NCBI GenBank assembly: GCA_047601445.1
Contig: JASGJH010000001.1
Span: 7,616,001 to 7,680,000 of the forward strand
Reading direction: 5' to 3'
Source of the DNA: Myxococcales bacterium
Lineage (GTDB): Bacteria > Myxococcota_A > Polyangia > Polyangiales > DASUME01
DNA: 64,000 bases
A program made the translations under genes and the position numbers. The notes beneath the pieces are model-generated. The model ran no database searches, was not told the origin of the DNA, and was given only the letters and a program-made list of their open reading frames with translations. Of the stretch, positions 1-11,509 are shown one piece after another; positions within the stretch are counted from its first letter, which is position 1, and every line of letters starts with the position of its first letter.

Positions 1-188
1 GGCGCCATAGTCTCGCGAACCAACACCGTCCCCGTGAGCAGATCTCCGAAGTGACGGGCGGTCTCGCCGCTCGCGCCCTGTTTTTGCACCGCCTCACGGC
101 AAAGCCCCGTGGTGCGCGCAGTCAGCACGCGGAAGGAGCCGTCGTCGGTGAGGGCACGAATCACGAGATCGGGGGCGTACGAAGCCAT
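1..188 (-). CDS. hslO: Hsp33 redox-regulated chaperone, N-terminal part (runs off the window start)
   Basis: Not in the ORF track. Manual translation from ATG 188: MASYAPDLVIRALTDDGSFRVLTARTTGLCREAVQKQGASGETARHFGDLLTGTVLVRETMAP, resembling the Hsp33 N-terminus. Confidence 0.7.
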   Translation of the reverse strand, partial: MASYAPDLVIRALTDDGSFRVLTARTTGLCREAVQKQGASGETARHFGDLLTGTVLVRETMA

Positions 189-367
189 GGGGCTTCAGTC
201 TGGTCCCGTGGCCCACCGTGGGCAAGCGCCAGAAACAAGGCATTTCGTGAGCGAAGCGGTCCTCGACGGGAGGTGGGGCGCGTGCGGGCGCCGTCGAGGC
301 GTCGCCGTGGGCCCTTGCAGAGCTCGGCTCCTGGGGCACGCTCGGCGCTGGGCCTTTCGAAGAACGG

Positions 368-1529
368 GTGCGGGTGTTGGCGCAGCGAATCTCGGTCTAC
401 GTGCACTTTCCATGGTGTTTGAGGAAGTGCCCCTATTGCGACTTCGCCACCTCGCCGCGCGAACGGGCCGCCATCGACCACCGTGGTTACGCCGACGCCG
501 TGCTGGCCGAGCTCGCGTTTCGCGCACCCGTCCTGGCCGGGGCGGAGCTCTACTCCGTGTTCTTCGGCGGGGGCACGCCTTCGCTGTGGGAGCCCTCCGA
601 GCTCGGCCGGGTCCTGGCGGGCATTCGCGGCGCCTTCGGAACCGAGCACTCCGGGTGCGAGATCACGGTCGAATGCAACCCGAGCTCACTCGACCGGGAG
701 CGCGCACGGGCACTGCGGGAGGTGGGCGTGAACCGGCTCTCGGTGGGCGTGCAGTCCTTGGACGACCAGGAGCTCGTCTTCCTGGGACGCCTGCACAATC
801 GTGAGCTTGCGCTGGCGGCCATCGAGGGCGCCCAGGCGAGCTTCGAGCGCGTCAGCGCAGATCTCGATGTTCGCGTTGCCCGAGCAGCCCGTCGAACGCT
901 TCCTCGGCTATCTCGACACCCTGCTCGGCATGGGCCTGGAGCACGTGTCCGCGTACGCGTTGACCATCGAGGCCGCCACGCCCTTCGGTGAGCGCGCTCG
1001 CAAAAAGTTGCTGCGGCCTGCCCCTGACGAGGCCTACGCCACCATGTTCGAGCGCATCCAGGAGCGCTTCGTGCGCGCTGGCTTCGGACAATACGAAGTC
1101 TCCAACTACGCCCGTCCCGGTCAGGAGAGCCGGCACAATCAGCACTACTGGCGCGGCGGCTCGTACCTCGGGCTCGGGGCGGCGGCCGTGGGCTGCCTGC
1201 ACGGCGGAAACGGCGGTCGTCGCTATCGAAACCATCCGGACGCCGAACGCTATGCCCAGCGTTGCACGGGCGCGGAGGTGGAGGTTTTCGACGAGGAGCT
1301 CTCCGCCGAGGACGTGATCCGCGAGGCGCTGATGCTGGGGCTCAGGACGCACGAGGGAGTGGACCTGGCCGCGCTCGAGCAGCGAGTCGGGTGTGATCCC
1401 AGGCGCGGGCGTGAGGCCGCCATCGCCAAGCACGTCGCGCGCGGGCAGCTGAGTGTGGAGCAGGGCGTGATGCGCGTGCCGGCCTCACGTTGGCTGCTGC
1501 TGGACGGCATCGTGGCCGACCTCTTCTGA
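368..1529 (+). CDS. hemW: Radical SAM heme chaperone HemW (HemN-like), +1 frameshift near 865
   Basis: SVYVHFPWCLRKCPYCDF (CxxxCxxC), FFGGGTPS, RLSVGVQS in ORF 368..991. Continues as MFALPEQ...YEVSNYA...HNQHYW...YLGLG in ORF 801..1529. Removing one base restores ADLMFALP. Confidence 0.88.
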
Positions 1530-1536
1530 GCGCGGC

Positions 1537-2517
1537 TTACGGGCACGCGTTCGGCGCGCCGGGCGTAGGCGTCTCGAGCTGAAAATCGAGGGCATTGTCG
1601 TCGCTGTCGAAGGCATCGGGGCAGCGTCCGTGGGCCAGCTCTGCTTCGTCGGCTGGGCTCGGGTCGCCTTCGCCCGTGCCTGGCAGCGCGCCCTCGTAGG
1701 CGAAGCCGTCGAGTACGCGTTCGCCGCTCACCAGCCGCACCCCGTCGGGCCCGTTCTGCAAGCCGAGCGTCTTCAGCGACACGCTCGCCACTCCCTTGGG
1801 CAGGTTGGCGAGCAACGGAGGATCCGCGACCACCAGGCGCGCGTGGGGGGCCAGGCTCTTGCCCGCCTCCAGCAACGGGTAGCTGGCGTAGACCTTGCCA
1901 TCGCTGCCGTTCACGAGCTCCAGATTCACTGAGCTCAAGTCGGCCGGGCAGTCGGCGGTGTTCACCACCTCGACGAATTCGGCGTCGTCGCTGCTCGGTT
2001 GGTCGTAGTCCACTTCGTTGATGCGCAACCCAGTCAGGCACGGGTCGGCGCCGCCTGCGTCAGCCTGGCCGGCGAGGTCGAGCTGCACGCTCACGGAGCC
2101 ACGCTCGTTGCTGACTCGAGTCCCGTCGGCGAGCTCGAAGCGCAGCGCGATCTGGGTGGCCATGCCCGCCTCCACCAACAGCGGCGCCGGGTTCGCGCTC
2201 AAGAGCGTGGCGGTCACGCTGGCCGCCTCGGGATCATCCGCGCGCACCAGGCGATAACCTGCGAGCAATTCCAGGGTGTAGCTGCCCGGCATGAGCTCGA
2301 CCTCGACCTGAGGCTCCTCACCGCTGGCGAAGCCCTTGGACTCCGGCCCCGTGAGCGCGAAGCGCGCGTCGGTGAGGCGATAAGTGATGCCGCCGGACTG
2401 GCTGGTGAGGGCCAGGTTCAGGCTGCCGACTCCGCCGTGGGAGGCGGCGTCGACGCTGCACGCGGTGAGCAGCAGACATGCGAATGCAGGAGAGAGAAGA
2501 CGTTCGAGGCAGGACAT
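1537..2517 (-). CDS. Lipoprotein with C-terminal lamin-tail (LTD)-like domain
   Basis: Start MSCLERLL, lipobox LLTAC. LRINEVDYDQPSSDDAEFVEVVN and terminal PTPGAPN are typical of bacterial LTD domains. Confidence 0.7.
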   Translation of the reverse strand: MSCLERLLSPAFACLLLTACSVDAASHGGVGSLNLALTSQSGGITYRLTDARFALTGPESKGFASGEEPQVEVELMPGSYTLELLAGYRLVRADDPEAASVTATLLSANPAPLLVEAGMATQIALRFELADGTRVSNERGSVSVQLDLAGQADAGGADPCLTGLRINEVDYDQPSSDDAEFVEVVNTADCPADLSSVNLELVNGSDGKVYASYPLLEAGKSLAPHARLVVADPPLLANLPKGVASVSLKTLGLQNGPDGVRLVSGERVLDGFAYEGALPGTGEGDPSPADEAELAHGRCPDAFDSDDNALDFQLETPTPGAPNACP

Positions 2518-2797
2518 GGCGGGCTCCAGGTGAGGAATTGATCGAGATGCGTATGCGCCCGTGGGCGACAGAGAACCTCGCGGCGGGGTGGGTGGCAGCG
2601 CGGCCTTGGCGCGCTGGACAGGGAGGGCGCGTACCTTCCCCGCACACAGATGCGTGAGACCCGAGCAACCCACGCACCAGCCCGCATGAACCAGGTCCCG
2701 CACGCTTGGATGCACCCGCCTGACGGTCGGTGTCGCGGAGCCCGCCGGGCCGCCAGGTTTGCCCGACCCGCGCGGCCTTCGTGCTAGCCTCGGCGGC

Positions 2798-3457
2798 GTG
2801 TCGTTCGATTTCACCCGCGTGCGGGCCCAGGCCATCGTGAAGATGTTCGGGGCCACGCGCGCCCTGGCCGGGGTGGACCTCACGCTCGAGGCAGGTCGCG
2901 TGACGGTGATCGAAGGGCCGAACGGCGCGGGCAAGAGCACCCTGCTCGACATCCTCTCGCTCTTGAGCCGACCCACGCGGGGCAGCCTGCTGTTCGGTGA
3001 GCGGGACGCGTGGCGCGAGCGCGACAGCCTGCGACGCTCCCTGGGCGTACTCGGACACGCGGCCATGCTCTATCCGGAGCTGAGCGGACGCGAGAACCTC
3101 GAGTTCTTCGCGCACCTGTACCAGGTGGAGCCGCGGCGCGTGAGCGAGCTCGCGGAACGCTTCGAGGTGGCCGGTTATTGGGAGCGTCAGGCCCGCACCT
3201 ACTCGCGCGGCCAGCTGCAGCGCGTGGCGCTCGCCCGAGCGCTTCTGCATCGACCGCGCCTGATTCTGCTCGACGAACCCAGCGCTGGTCTCGATGCCCG
3301 GTCGCTCGAACAGCTGGTTGAAGCCGTGAAGGTAGAGCGCACCCGCGGCGCCATCGTGGCGCTCATCACCCACGACACGGCGCTCGGCGATCAGCTCGCC
3401 GACGAGCGCATTCGCCTCAGCCGCGGTCGCATCAACATCGAGGGAGCGCGCGCATGA
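2798..3457 (+). CDS. ccmA: Heme exporter ABC ATPase CcmA
   Basis: Walker A GPNGAGKST, signature YSRGQLQR, Walker B ILLDEP. Overlaps ccmB by 4 nt. Confidence 0.8.
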   Translation: MSFDFTRVRAQAIVKMFGATRALAGVDLTLEAGRVTVIEGPNGAGKSTLLDILSLLSRPTRGSLLFGERDAWRERDSLRRSLGVLGHAAMLYPELSGRENLEFFAHLYQVEPRRVSELAERFEVAGYWERQARTYSRGQLQRVALARALLHRPRLILLDEPSAGLDARSLEQLVEAVKVERTRGAIVALITHDTALGDQLADERIRLSRGRINIEGARA

Positions 3458-4131
3458 GCATGCTCGCCGCGATCTGGTCGGTCTTCCGCAAGGACCTCAA
3501 GCTCGAGCTGCGCACGGGTGAGATCCTGGTGAGCACCAGCTTCTTCTCCATGCTGGTGGCCGTGATGACCTCGCTCTCGTTCTATCTGGACGACGTCACC
3601 GCCCGCAAGATCGCCCCCGGCGTGCTGTGGATCAGCATCGCCTTCTCGGGCGTGTTGGCAATGGGGCGCAGCTGGTCCCGCGAGCGTGAGCACGACGTGG
3701 TGCGCGGACTCTTGCTCTCGCCGTTGCCGCGTCCAGCCATCTTCCTGGGCAAGGCTCTGGGCGTGTTCAGCTTCCTGTTGATGGTGGAGCTCTTGCTCGT
3801 GCCGCTGGTGGCCGTGCTGTATCGCTTCGAGATGGCGATGGCGTTCGGACCCGTGCTGCTCCTGGTGGTGCTCGGGAGCGTCGGTTTCGCCGCCGCGGGC
3901 ACCTTGTTCGCGGCCATGGGCGTGCGCACGCGGACCAAGGAGTTGGTGCTCAGCGTGGTGCTGTTCCCGCTGATCTCGCCCGCGCTGCTCTCGGGCGTGG
4001 TGGCCACGCGCGAGCTCCTGGGCGGGGCGGCCTTCAGCGAGGTAATGGACTGGGTGCGCGTGCTCCTGGCGTTCGACCTGATCTTCGTGTCCTTGGGGGC
4101 CCTCTTGTTCGGGCCCCTGGTCAGCGAGTGA
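3454..4131 (+). CDS. ccmB: Heme exporter permease CcmB
   Basis: KDLKLELRT, APGVLWI, LLLSP..IFLGK, VLFPL motifs; about 6 TM segments. Confidence 0.88.
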   Translation: MSMLAAIWSVFRKDLKLELRTGEILVSTSFFSMLVAVMTSLSFYLDDVTARKIAPGVLWISIAFSGVLAMGRSWSREREHDVVRGLLLSPLPRPAIFLGKALGVFSFLLMVELLLVPLVAVLYRFEMAMAFGPVLLLVVLGSVGFAAAGTLFAAMGVRTRTKELVLSVVLFPLISPALLSGVVATRELLGGAAFSEVMDWVRVLLAFDLIFVSLGALLFGPLVSE

Positions 4132-4149
4132 GCGCCGCACGCGCGCCCT

Positions 4150-4638
4150 TCAGGCGTGAATGGTGCCCCGACTGGGATCGCCGCGCTGCACCGAGTTCGC
4201 GTGCACGGCACAGGTCTGGCTCTCGCAGACGTGACCGCGCCCCGTAAGCCGCAGTCGATTCTCCGCGAACCACTCGTAGCCCTTGTCGAACACGGTGCGC
4301 AGCATGGGCCAGCCCGTGGGTGCCATCAGGAAGCCGAGCCCGAGCGCCGAGTAGCAGCGCCGAAAGGCCTCCATGCCAGTGACGGCTTCGCCATTGGGCA
4401 AGATGGCGTGGATGTGCCCCATCACCTCTTGCTTGGTGAGCCCGTAGCGACTGGCGTCGAAGCCGGGCGCCGAGATGTCCTCGAAGACGAGATTCCCGTG
4501 ATTGTTGAAGCGACTCATCATGCGGATTTCGCGCGAGCACAGCGGACATGCCGCGTCGTAGAGCAGCGTGATGCGCTCGGAGCCGGTCGCTGACGTCGAG
4601 GCGTTGTCGAGGCGAGCGTGGGATACGGTCGAACCCAT
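4150..4638 (-). CDS. DCC family (DUF393) thiol-disulfide oxidoreductase
   Basis: LLYDAACPLCSRE (DxxCxxC), GMEAFRRCY, YEWFAENRLRLTGR; RBS GGAGG before ATG 4638. Confidence 0.85.
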   Translation of the reverse strand: MGSTVSHARLDNASTSATGSERITLLYDAACPLCSREIRMMSRFNNHGNLVFEDISAPGFDASRYGLTKQEVMGHIHAILPNGEAVTGMEAFRRCYSALGLGFLMAPTGWPMLRTVFDKGYEWFAENRLRLTGRGHVCESQTCAVHANSVQRGDPSRGTIHA

Positions 4639-4870
4639 GGCGTTCCTCCTACCAACAAATTTACTCCACTCTGGCTTGCGCGCCCGAGGGCGCGCTTCGA
4701 CATCTACCCGTACTCGCATGAGGTGGGCACTCCAAAATGGCAGGCTAGAGCAAACGCCGCTGCACATCGGAGCACCGCATCCGCACGCTTCGCCCATGAT
4801 CGCGTGTACGATCACGCCGAGAGTGGAACTACAGCAGCTTCGCCAGCGTACTTGCAGGTGTAGTGCTTTT

Positions 4871-5908
4871 TCAGGTTTGGCCCAGGTCGAGGAGCTGGGC
4901 GCAGTAGAGACCGACGCATTCGCTCGGCGTCGAGCTGGCGATGACCTCTTGCATGGCGCGCACGTACTGCGAATGCAGTGCCTTGAGGCGCGCCAGATCG
5001 GCGCGCGAGACCGCGAACACACTGTAGCCGTAGGTGCCCGGAGCCTTTGCGCGCAGACGTTCCAGCGCGGTCTCCGTCCACATGGCTTTGAGCGCGAGCG
5101 CTCGCTCGGGTTCACGGCTGGTGTCCACCGCGATCACCTGGCGCGGGCGGTATCCGCGTCGCTTCTCGACTTGCCCCGTTCGCAGCAAGACATCCAACGC
5201 GCTTCGAACTTGGCCCTCATCGAGGCTCAGCTTCGCCGCCATCCAGGGGATCTGCTGGTCGACTCGTGCCGGCCGATCCGCGAGCTCGAGCGCGCGCAGC
5301 ACCGCGTGCGACCAGGGATGCGCGTACGCTGATTCGCGCGCCAGCTGCAGTTCGTTCCACCGGTCACGCGCGGACGGGAGCTCGGCCGGGTCCACGAACG
5401 CTCCAGCCAAGTCGAGCACGCGCCGACTCGAGGCCTCCACCAGGCGCAAGAACTCGGGGAGCTTGGGCTGCGCGCCGCCGTCGAGCCAGCGCGCCACGCT
5501 GAAGCGGCTCTCGTGCGTGAGCTCCGCGAGGCGCACGATGGGTGTCTTGCCCTTGAGGTGCGTCAGGAACATCGCGACCGCCTCAGGACTCGCGGGATGG
5601 CAGGTGCGCGCCCAATCCGGCAGTGCGGAGTCGCCAAAGAAGCTGCGCAGCCAGCTCGGGTGTCCGGGCCGCATGCGCTGATGGATCTCGAGGAAGCGCG
5701 CCGCGGTGGGCCAGCACTCGGCCTTCTCCCAGCGCTGCGCGATGTTGCTCCGATAGCCGATGCGCTTGCTGAACTCGGCGCACGAACGGCGTCCGCGCAG
5801 GGAGCGAAGTAGCTCACGCGCCAGCCTCTCGAAGTCCACGCGCGGCGTCCGCGAGGAGGGCTTCACCCCGTCTTCTGTAGATCGAAATATGCCGATGGTT
5901 CGTGCCAT
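4871..5908 (-). CDS. XRE-like HTH protein with C-terminal DUF4423-like domain (start uncertain)
   Basis: RGRRSCAEFSKRIGYRSNIAQRWE HTH, second HTH (VARWLDGGAQPKLPEFL), PWSHAVLRALEL and C-terminal YSVFAVSRADLARL. Confidence 0.65.
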   Translation of the reverse strand: MARTIGIFRSTEDGVKPSSRTPRVDFERLARELLRSLRGRRSCAEFSKRIGYRSNIAQRWEKAECWPTAARFLEIHQRMRPGHPSWLRSFFGDSALPDWARTCHPASPEAVAMFLTHLKGKTPIVRLAELTHESRFSVARWLDGGAQPKLPEFLRLVEASSRRVLDLAGAFVDPAELPSARDRWNELQLARESAYAHPWSHAVLRALELADRPARVDQQIPWMAAKLSLDEGQVRSALDVLLRTGQVEKRRGYRPRQVIAVDTSREPERALALKAMWTETALERLRAKAPGTYGYSVFAVSRADLARLKALHSQYVRAMQEVIASSTPSECVGLYCAQLLDLGQT

Positions 5909-5986
5909 TCATTGCATGATTCGCACATCCATGTGGACATCGTCCAATCCAATGTTCGAAACGTGCATTGTGGTGGCCGCGACCGC

Positions 5987-6955
5987 ATGGCAACTAGAGT
6001 CATGGAAATCATGCGAACCCTTACAGCTCCCCATGTTCTAGGCTTCGCCTCGCTCGTTGCGCTCTCGGCGTGCAACGACTCGAGCGGGGATCCGAGCACC
6101 CAAACCATGAGCAGCTCGCTCTGCCCCACGTGTGCGCCGAGTGCAGGCGGCGAGACGGCGGACTTTCCGAGCAGCATTGGCGAGCCGCCCTGCCACGGCT
6201 TCGAGTTGCAGGTGCCGATCTCAGCGGAGGAGGCGCGCAGCTTGGGAGTCGTTGACCCGGAACGCATCGAGCGCGTCACCAAGCCCATCGACGCGCCCTT
6301 TTCATGGACCCTGTTCGAGCCCAACGAATACGTGCCTCATCCCTTCACGCGCGTACTCGGCGGCTTTGCGAGCTCCACGACTCTCCATCTGCGCACCACC
6401 ATCGTGGCCTATCGACAGCTCTCCCCCGACCCCGCGCACTGCACGGATTCGAACTGCCACGACAACCCCGGCGACAAGTTCGACTACGACTTCGACTTCG
6501 ACACCAAGCGAGAATGCAATGGCGTCGCGCTGGATTTGCAGACTACCGTCGATACGGACGATGGAGCGGTGCATGGAGTCGTGACATCGACCATGAGTAT
6601 CCGGCCTGGCTTGGCGAGCGAAGACGGCGTGTACGCCGAAGCCAGCCTTCAAGATGTGACTGGCTCGCTCGATCTAGCCAGCAGCGATGCACCGCCCGTC
6701 CGAGGCTACTTGGGGCTTCGCATGAAGGTCGGCGATAACGGGATTACCGGAGCGGTAGGCCTTGCCCTCGTGTACGATGTCATCTCCGAAACAGTCGTTG
6801 CGCCGGATGGCGGGCCTTCTCCGTCGCATCAGCGCGAGGCGCCGATCTGGGGTGAATTCATCGTAGGACCCAGGACCGATCACTGGTTCGACGGGAGCGT
6901 CTTGTTGGGCGACTCCTTTCTACCTTTTTCGGATCCTGCTGCCGCGAAGCCCTGA
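5987..6955 (+). CDS. Hypothetical lipoprotein, visibly lower GC
   Basis: Hydrophobic signal with lipobox LSAC, several cysteines, more A/T-ending codons than the neighbours. Confidence 0.6.
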   Translation: MATRVMEIMRTLTAPHVLGFASLVALSACNDSSGDPSTQTMSSSLCPTCAPSAGGETADFPSSIGEPPCHGFELQVPISAEEARSLGVVDPERIERVTKPIDAPFSWTLFEPNEYVPHPFTRVLGGFASSTTLHLRTTIVAYRQLSPDPAHCTDSNCHDNPGDKFDYDFDFDTKRECNGVALDLQTTVDTDDGAVHGVVTSTMSIRPGLASEDGVYAEASLQDVTGSLDLASSDAPPVRGYLGLRMKVGDNGITGAVGLALVYDVISETVVAPDGGPSPSHQREAPIWGEFIVGPRTDHWFDGSVLLGDSFLPFSDPAAAKP

Positions 6956-6979
6956 GCGATTCGCCGACACCTGCTCCGT

Positions 6980-7684
6980 TCAGCGGTAGGTCAACAGCCG
7001 CTTGGGATCGTGCTCGAAGTGCCCGTGCTCGTTGAAGCTGCTCAGGTGCACGCCGCGTGAGCCCACCACGATCTTGGTCACCCCGCAGTTCACCATGGTC
7101 CACAGCATCTTCACGGCGCGCTCGTTGGAGATGCCCAGCATGTGATGCACGATGGCGGTGATGGTGCCTCCGGAGGTGAACACCAGGGCGTTCTGCTTGG
7201 CGTCGAGCGCGTGGGCCACGCGCTCCAGGGCGGCCACGCAGCGCTTGCCGAACACGGGCCAGGGCTCGTCGTAGTCGGCATCGTGGGTGCCCGCGATCCA
7301 GCGCCCCACTGCTTGCGTGAACATCTCCTGGAAGGCCTGACGTGGCTTGAGCGTGGCCGCGAGCTCGGCAGCCATCACCAGCTTGTTCTCGTAGCGCGGC
7401 TTGAAGCGCGCGATCAGCTGCTCGTGGTCGTACTCGTCGAAGCCCTTGTCTTCGAGCGGCGAGAGCGAGATGCCGCGGCCGGCGTGCATCATCTCGAGGC
7501 AGCCCTGGGCGGTTTGCCGGTGGCGCTGCATGGTGCCCACGTAGGCGCGGTGAACCTCGGGCACGCGCGGACGCAGCGCGGCGCCGAGGATCTTGGCCTG
7601 CTCCAACCCGAGCTCCGAGAGCTCGTCGTAGTTGCTGCGCCCGAACGAGGCCTGGCCGTGGCGAATCAGGTAGATCGCGCTCAC
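6980..7684 (-). CDS. Histidine phosphatase (phosphoglycerate mutase family)
   Basis: IYLIRHGQASFG (RHG motif), LVFTSGG, LSSFNEHGH. Overlaps the upstream gene by 4 nt. Confidence 0.88.
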   Translation of the reverse strand: MSAIYLIRHGQASFGRSNYDELSELGLEQAKILGAALRPRVPEVHRAYVGTMQRHRQTAQGCLEMMHAGRGISLSPLEDKGFDEYDHEQLIARFKPRYENKLVMAAELAATLKPRQAFQEMFTQAVGRWIAGTHDADYDEPWPVFGKRCVAALERVAHALDAKQNALVFTSGGTITAIVHHMLGISNERAVKMLWTMVNCGVTKIVVGSRGVHLSSFNEHGHFEHDPKRLLTYR

Positions 7685-8774
7685 AGCTTGCTCCTCAAGA
7701 TGAGGTACCGGCAGCGCAGGTCGAAGTAGCTGATCATGAGCCAGTAGTTCTTGAAGGTGGGGTTCGAGGTCTGCTTGTGGTGATAGCGGTAGTAAATCTG
7801 CTGCGCGATCACGGCCAGACGGAACAACCCGAACACCTCGTAGAACGTCCAGTTGCGCGGCGTGAGACCCGAGCGACTCAAGTAATAGTCCACCACCTCG
7901 CGCCGCGTGAACATGCCCGGCAAGTGCGAGGGTTGGCGCCCCACCATCTTGAACAGCGGGTCGTCGTTGGCTTGCACCCAGTAGGCCAGGCTGCCGCCGA
8001 GATCCATCAGCGGATCTCCGAGCGTGGCCATCTCCCAGTCGAGCACGCCGATGATGCGCGTGCGCTGGTTGGGATCGAGCACCACGTTGTCGAGTCGGAA
8101 GTCGTTGTGAATGACGCAGGTGGTCACGTCGTTCGGCGTGTGCTCGCGCAGCCAGTCACACACGTAGCGGAAGCTCGGCACGTTCCAGGTGCGCGCCTTC
8201 TGGTAACGATCCGTCCAGCCCTCCACCTGGCGCTTGCAGTAGCCCGCGCCCTTGCCGAGCGAGGCCAATCCGGCGGCCTGGTAGTCCACCTTGTGCAGCT
8301 CGAGCAGCTTGTCGAGCACGTTGCGACACAGCTCGCGGTTCTCGGCCGGTGTCAGGCCGAAGCCCCTGTGCATCTTGGCGCGCGGGATGATGCCCTCGAG
8401 GCGCTCCATCACGTAGAACTCGGCGCCCAACACCGACTCGTCCTGGCACAGGCCGATCATCTCGGGCACCGCAGAAAAGTAGGGTTTGAGGGCCTTTTGC
8501 ACGCGGTACTCGCGGCCCATGTCGTGAGCCGACTTGGCCTTGGTGCCCGCGGGGGGCCGCCGCAAGATGAAGTCGCGCGCGGGATACTTGAGCCGGTAGG
8601 TCCAGTTGGAGGCGCCGCCCGAGTACTGTGTGATCTCGGGGCTGCCCACGAGGTCAGGCACCTGCTGCTTGAGCCAGGTATCTACTTTGGCCACGTCGAG
8701 CTCTTCGCCCGAGCGCACGCGGCCTGCCACATCGATCAATCCTGCTTCTGACATCGTGCCTCGAACTTCGCCGT

Positions 8775-8778
<4 letters not shown>
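7681..8778 (-). CDS. Phosphotransferase family protein (APH/ACAD10-11 kinase-like)
   Basis: GGASNWTY, LRRPP, AHDMGREY, HNDFRLDN, GVLDWEMATLGDPLMDL. Confidence 0.88.
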
Positions 8779-10007
<1,229 letters not shown>

Positions 10008-10111
10008 GGCGGGCACTCTAGTGGAGGGACGCCCGAAAAGTCACTGAAGGTTGTGCATGCTCGGGTATGCAGCGGGCGAATGGGTGGGCGTCAGCGGGGA
10101 GGGGCGTCCAC

Positions 10112-10264
10112 GCTCACGCACGCCGTCGCCGTTCAGGTCAAAGTCCAAGTCCACCACCACGCTCACGGCCAGCACCCGCCGCTTTTGGCAAAGGACGACC
10201 TGCGTTGACATGGACTTGGTCGGCGACGGCGACTTTGACCTAAACGGCGACGGTGTGCGTGAGC
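10112..10264. repeat. Intergenic inverted repeat (34-bp arms, 2 mismatches)
   Basis: 10112-10145 gctcacgcacgccgtcgccgttcaggtcaaagtc pairs with 10231-10264. An inner stem caagtcca/tggacttg (10146-10153 with 10211-10218) extends it. Confidence 0.85.
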
Positions 10265-10316
10265 AACCAACGGATGACGGCCACGTCACGTCCACCAACC
10301 AACGCCCCAGGCGACC

Positions 10317-11495
10317 TCACGCCTTGGCAGTGCTCGTGCCGCCCGGGAACGTCAGGCGCCAGATGGTCCAGGTGGTCGTGCCGAACTGACGCGTGAGCGA
10401 GCCGGTGTTGTAGGGAAGCTTGTAGCGCGCGGCCAAGGCGCGCACGCGCGGGGCGACCTCGGGATAGCGGTTGCTCGGCATGTCCGGGAAGATGTGGTGC
10501 TCGATCTGGTGGCTCAGATTGCCCGAGAGGATGTGGAAGAGCTTGCCGCCGCCGATGTTGCAGCTGCCCATCAGCTGACGCACGTACCAGCGCGCGCGGG
10601 TCTCGCCTTCCACCTCTTCTTGAGTGAAGTGGTGCACGCCGGCCGGGAAGTGCCCGCAGAAGATGATCATGTTCGACCACACGTTGCGGATGAGATTCGC
10701 CAGCATGCTGCCAGCGAGCAAGAGCGAGAAGGCGATGACGACGCTCTTCACGGGCTCGAGGCCGTGGTCGAGGATCACCGGTAAGGCTGCCAACGTGCCG
10801 AGCAAGGGCCACAGGATGTAGTCCTTGAGCACCTGGCGCGACGCCTTCCAGGCCACGCGTCGCAGCATCGGGATCACCGACTGGAAGGTCTTCTCACCGG
10901 ACATCAGCTTCTCGGGCTCGAGATCGTGCAGGGCCACGCCCCACTCGAACAAGACCATGAGCAAGAAGTTGTTGAGCGGCTGCCCGAGGTATTGCCAGCC
11001 CCATTTCTGTTCGGGAGTCACGCGCAACACGCCGTAGCCAACGTCCGGGTCCTTGCCGATCACGTTGGTCCAGGTGTGGTGCACCACGTTGTGTGAGTGC
11101 TTCCACTGATCCGAGGGGCACACGGTGTCCCATTCCCAGGTGTTCGACTGGATGTTCGGGTCACGCATCCAGTCCCACTGGGCGTGCATCACGTTGTGGC
11201 CGATCTCCATGTTCTCGATGATCTTGGCGACGCCGAGCAGGCTGCAGCCGAGGACCATCACGCCCAAAAACAGGGCCCAGCTCGCGCTCGGAAGCCCCAG
11301 GCCAGGCCACAGGAAGATGCTGGCCAGCATCACCAGGCGTCCGCCCAGCGCCATGCTGCGCTGCGTGCGGATCAACTTCACGATGTATTCGCGGTCCTGT
11401 TCGCCGCGTGAGTTCATGACTTCGTTGCGGATGTCGTCGAGCTCTTTACCGAACTCCTCGATCTCGGCGTCAGTCAGGTGCTTGGGTAGACCCAT
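10317..11495 (-). CDS. Membrane acyl-CoA desaturase (DesA3/DesB-like)
   Basis: His boxes ENMEIGHNVMH, WKHSHNVVHH, HQIEHHIFPDMPSNRY. Confidence 0.92.
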   Translation of the reverse strand: MGLPKHLTDAEIEEFGKELDDIRNEVMNSRGEQDREYIVKLIRTQRSMALGGRLVMLASIFLWPGLGLPSASWALFLGVMVLGCSLLGVAKIIENMEIGHNVMHAQWDWMRDPNIQSNTWEWDTVCPSDQWKHSHNVVHHTWTNVIGKDPDVGYGVLRVTPEQKWGWQYLGQPLNNFLLMVLFEWGVALHDLEPEKLMSGEKTFQSVIPMLRRVAWKASRQVLKDYILWPLLGTLAALPVILDHGLEPVKSVVIAFSLLLAGSMLANLIRNVWSNMIIFCGHFPAGVHHFTQEEVEGETRARWYVRQLMGSCNIGGGKLFHILSGNLSHQIEHHIFPDMPSNRYPEVAPRVRALAARYKLPYNTGSLTRQFGTTTWTIWRLTFPGGTSTAKA

Positions 11496-11509
11496 GATGT
11501 TCTCCCTCT

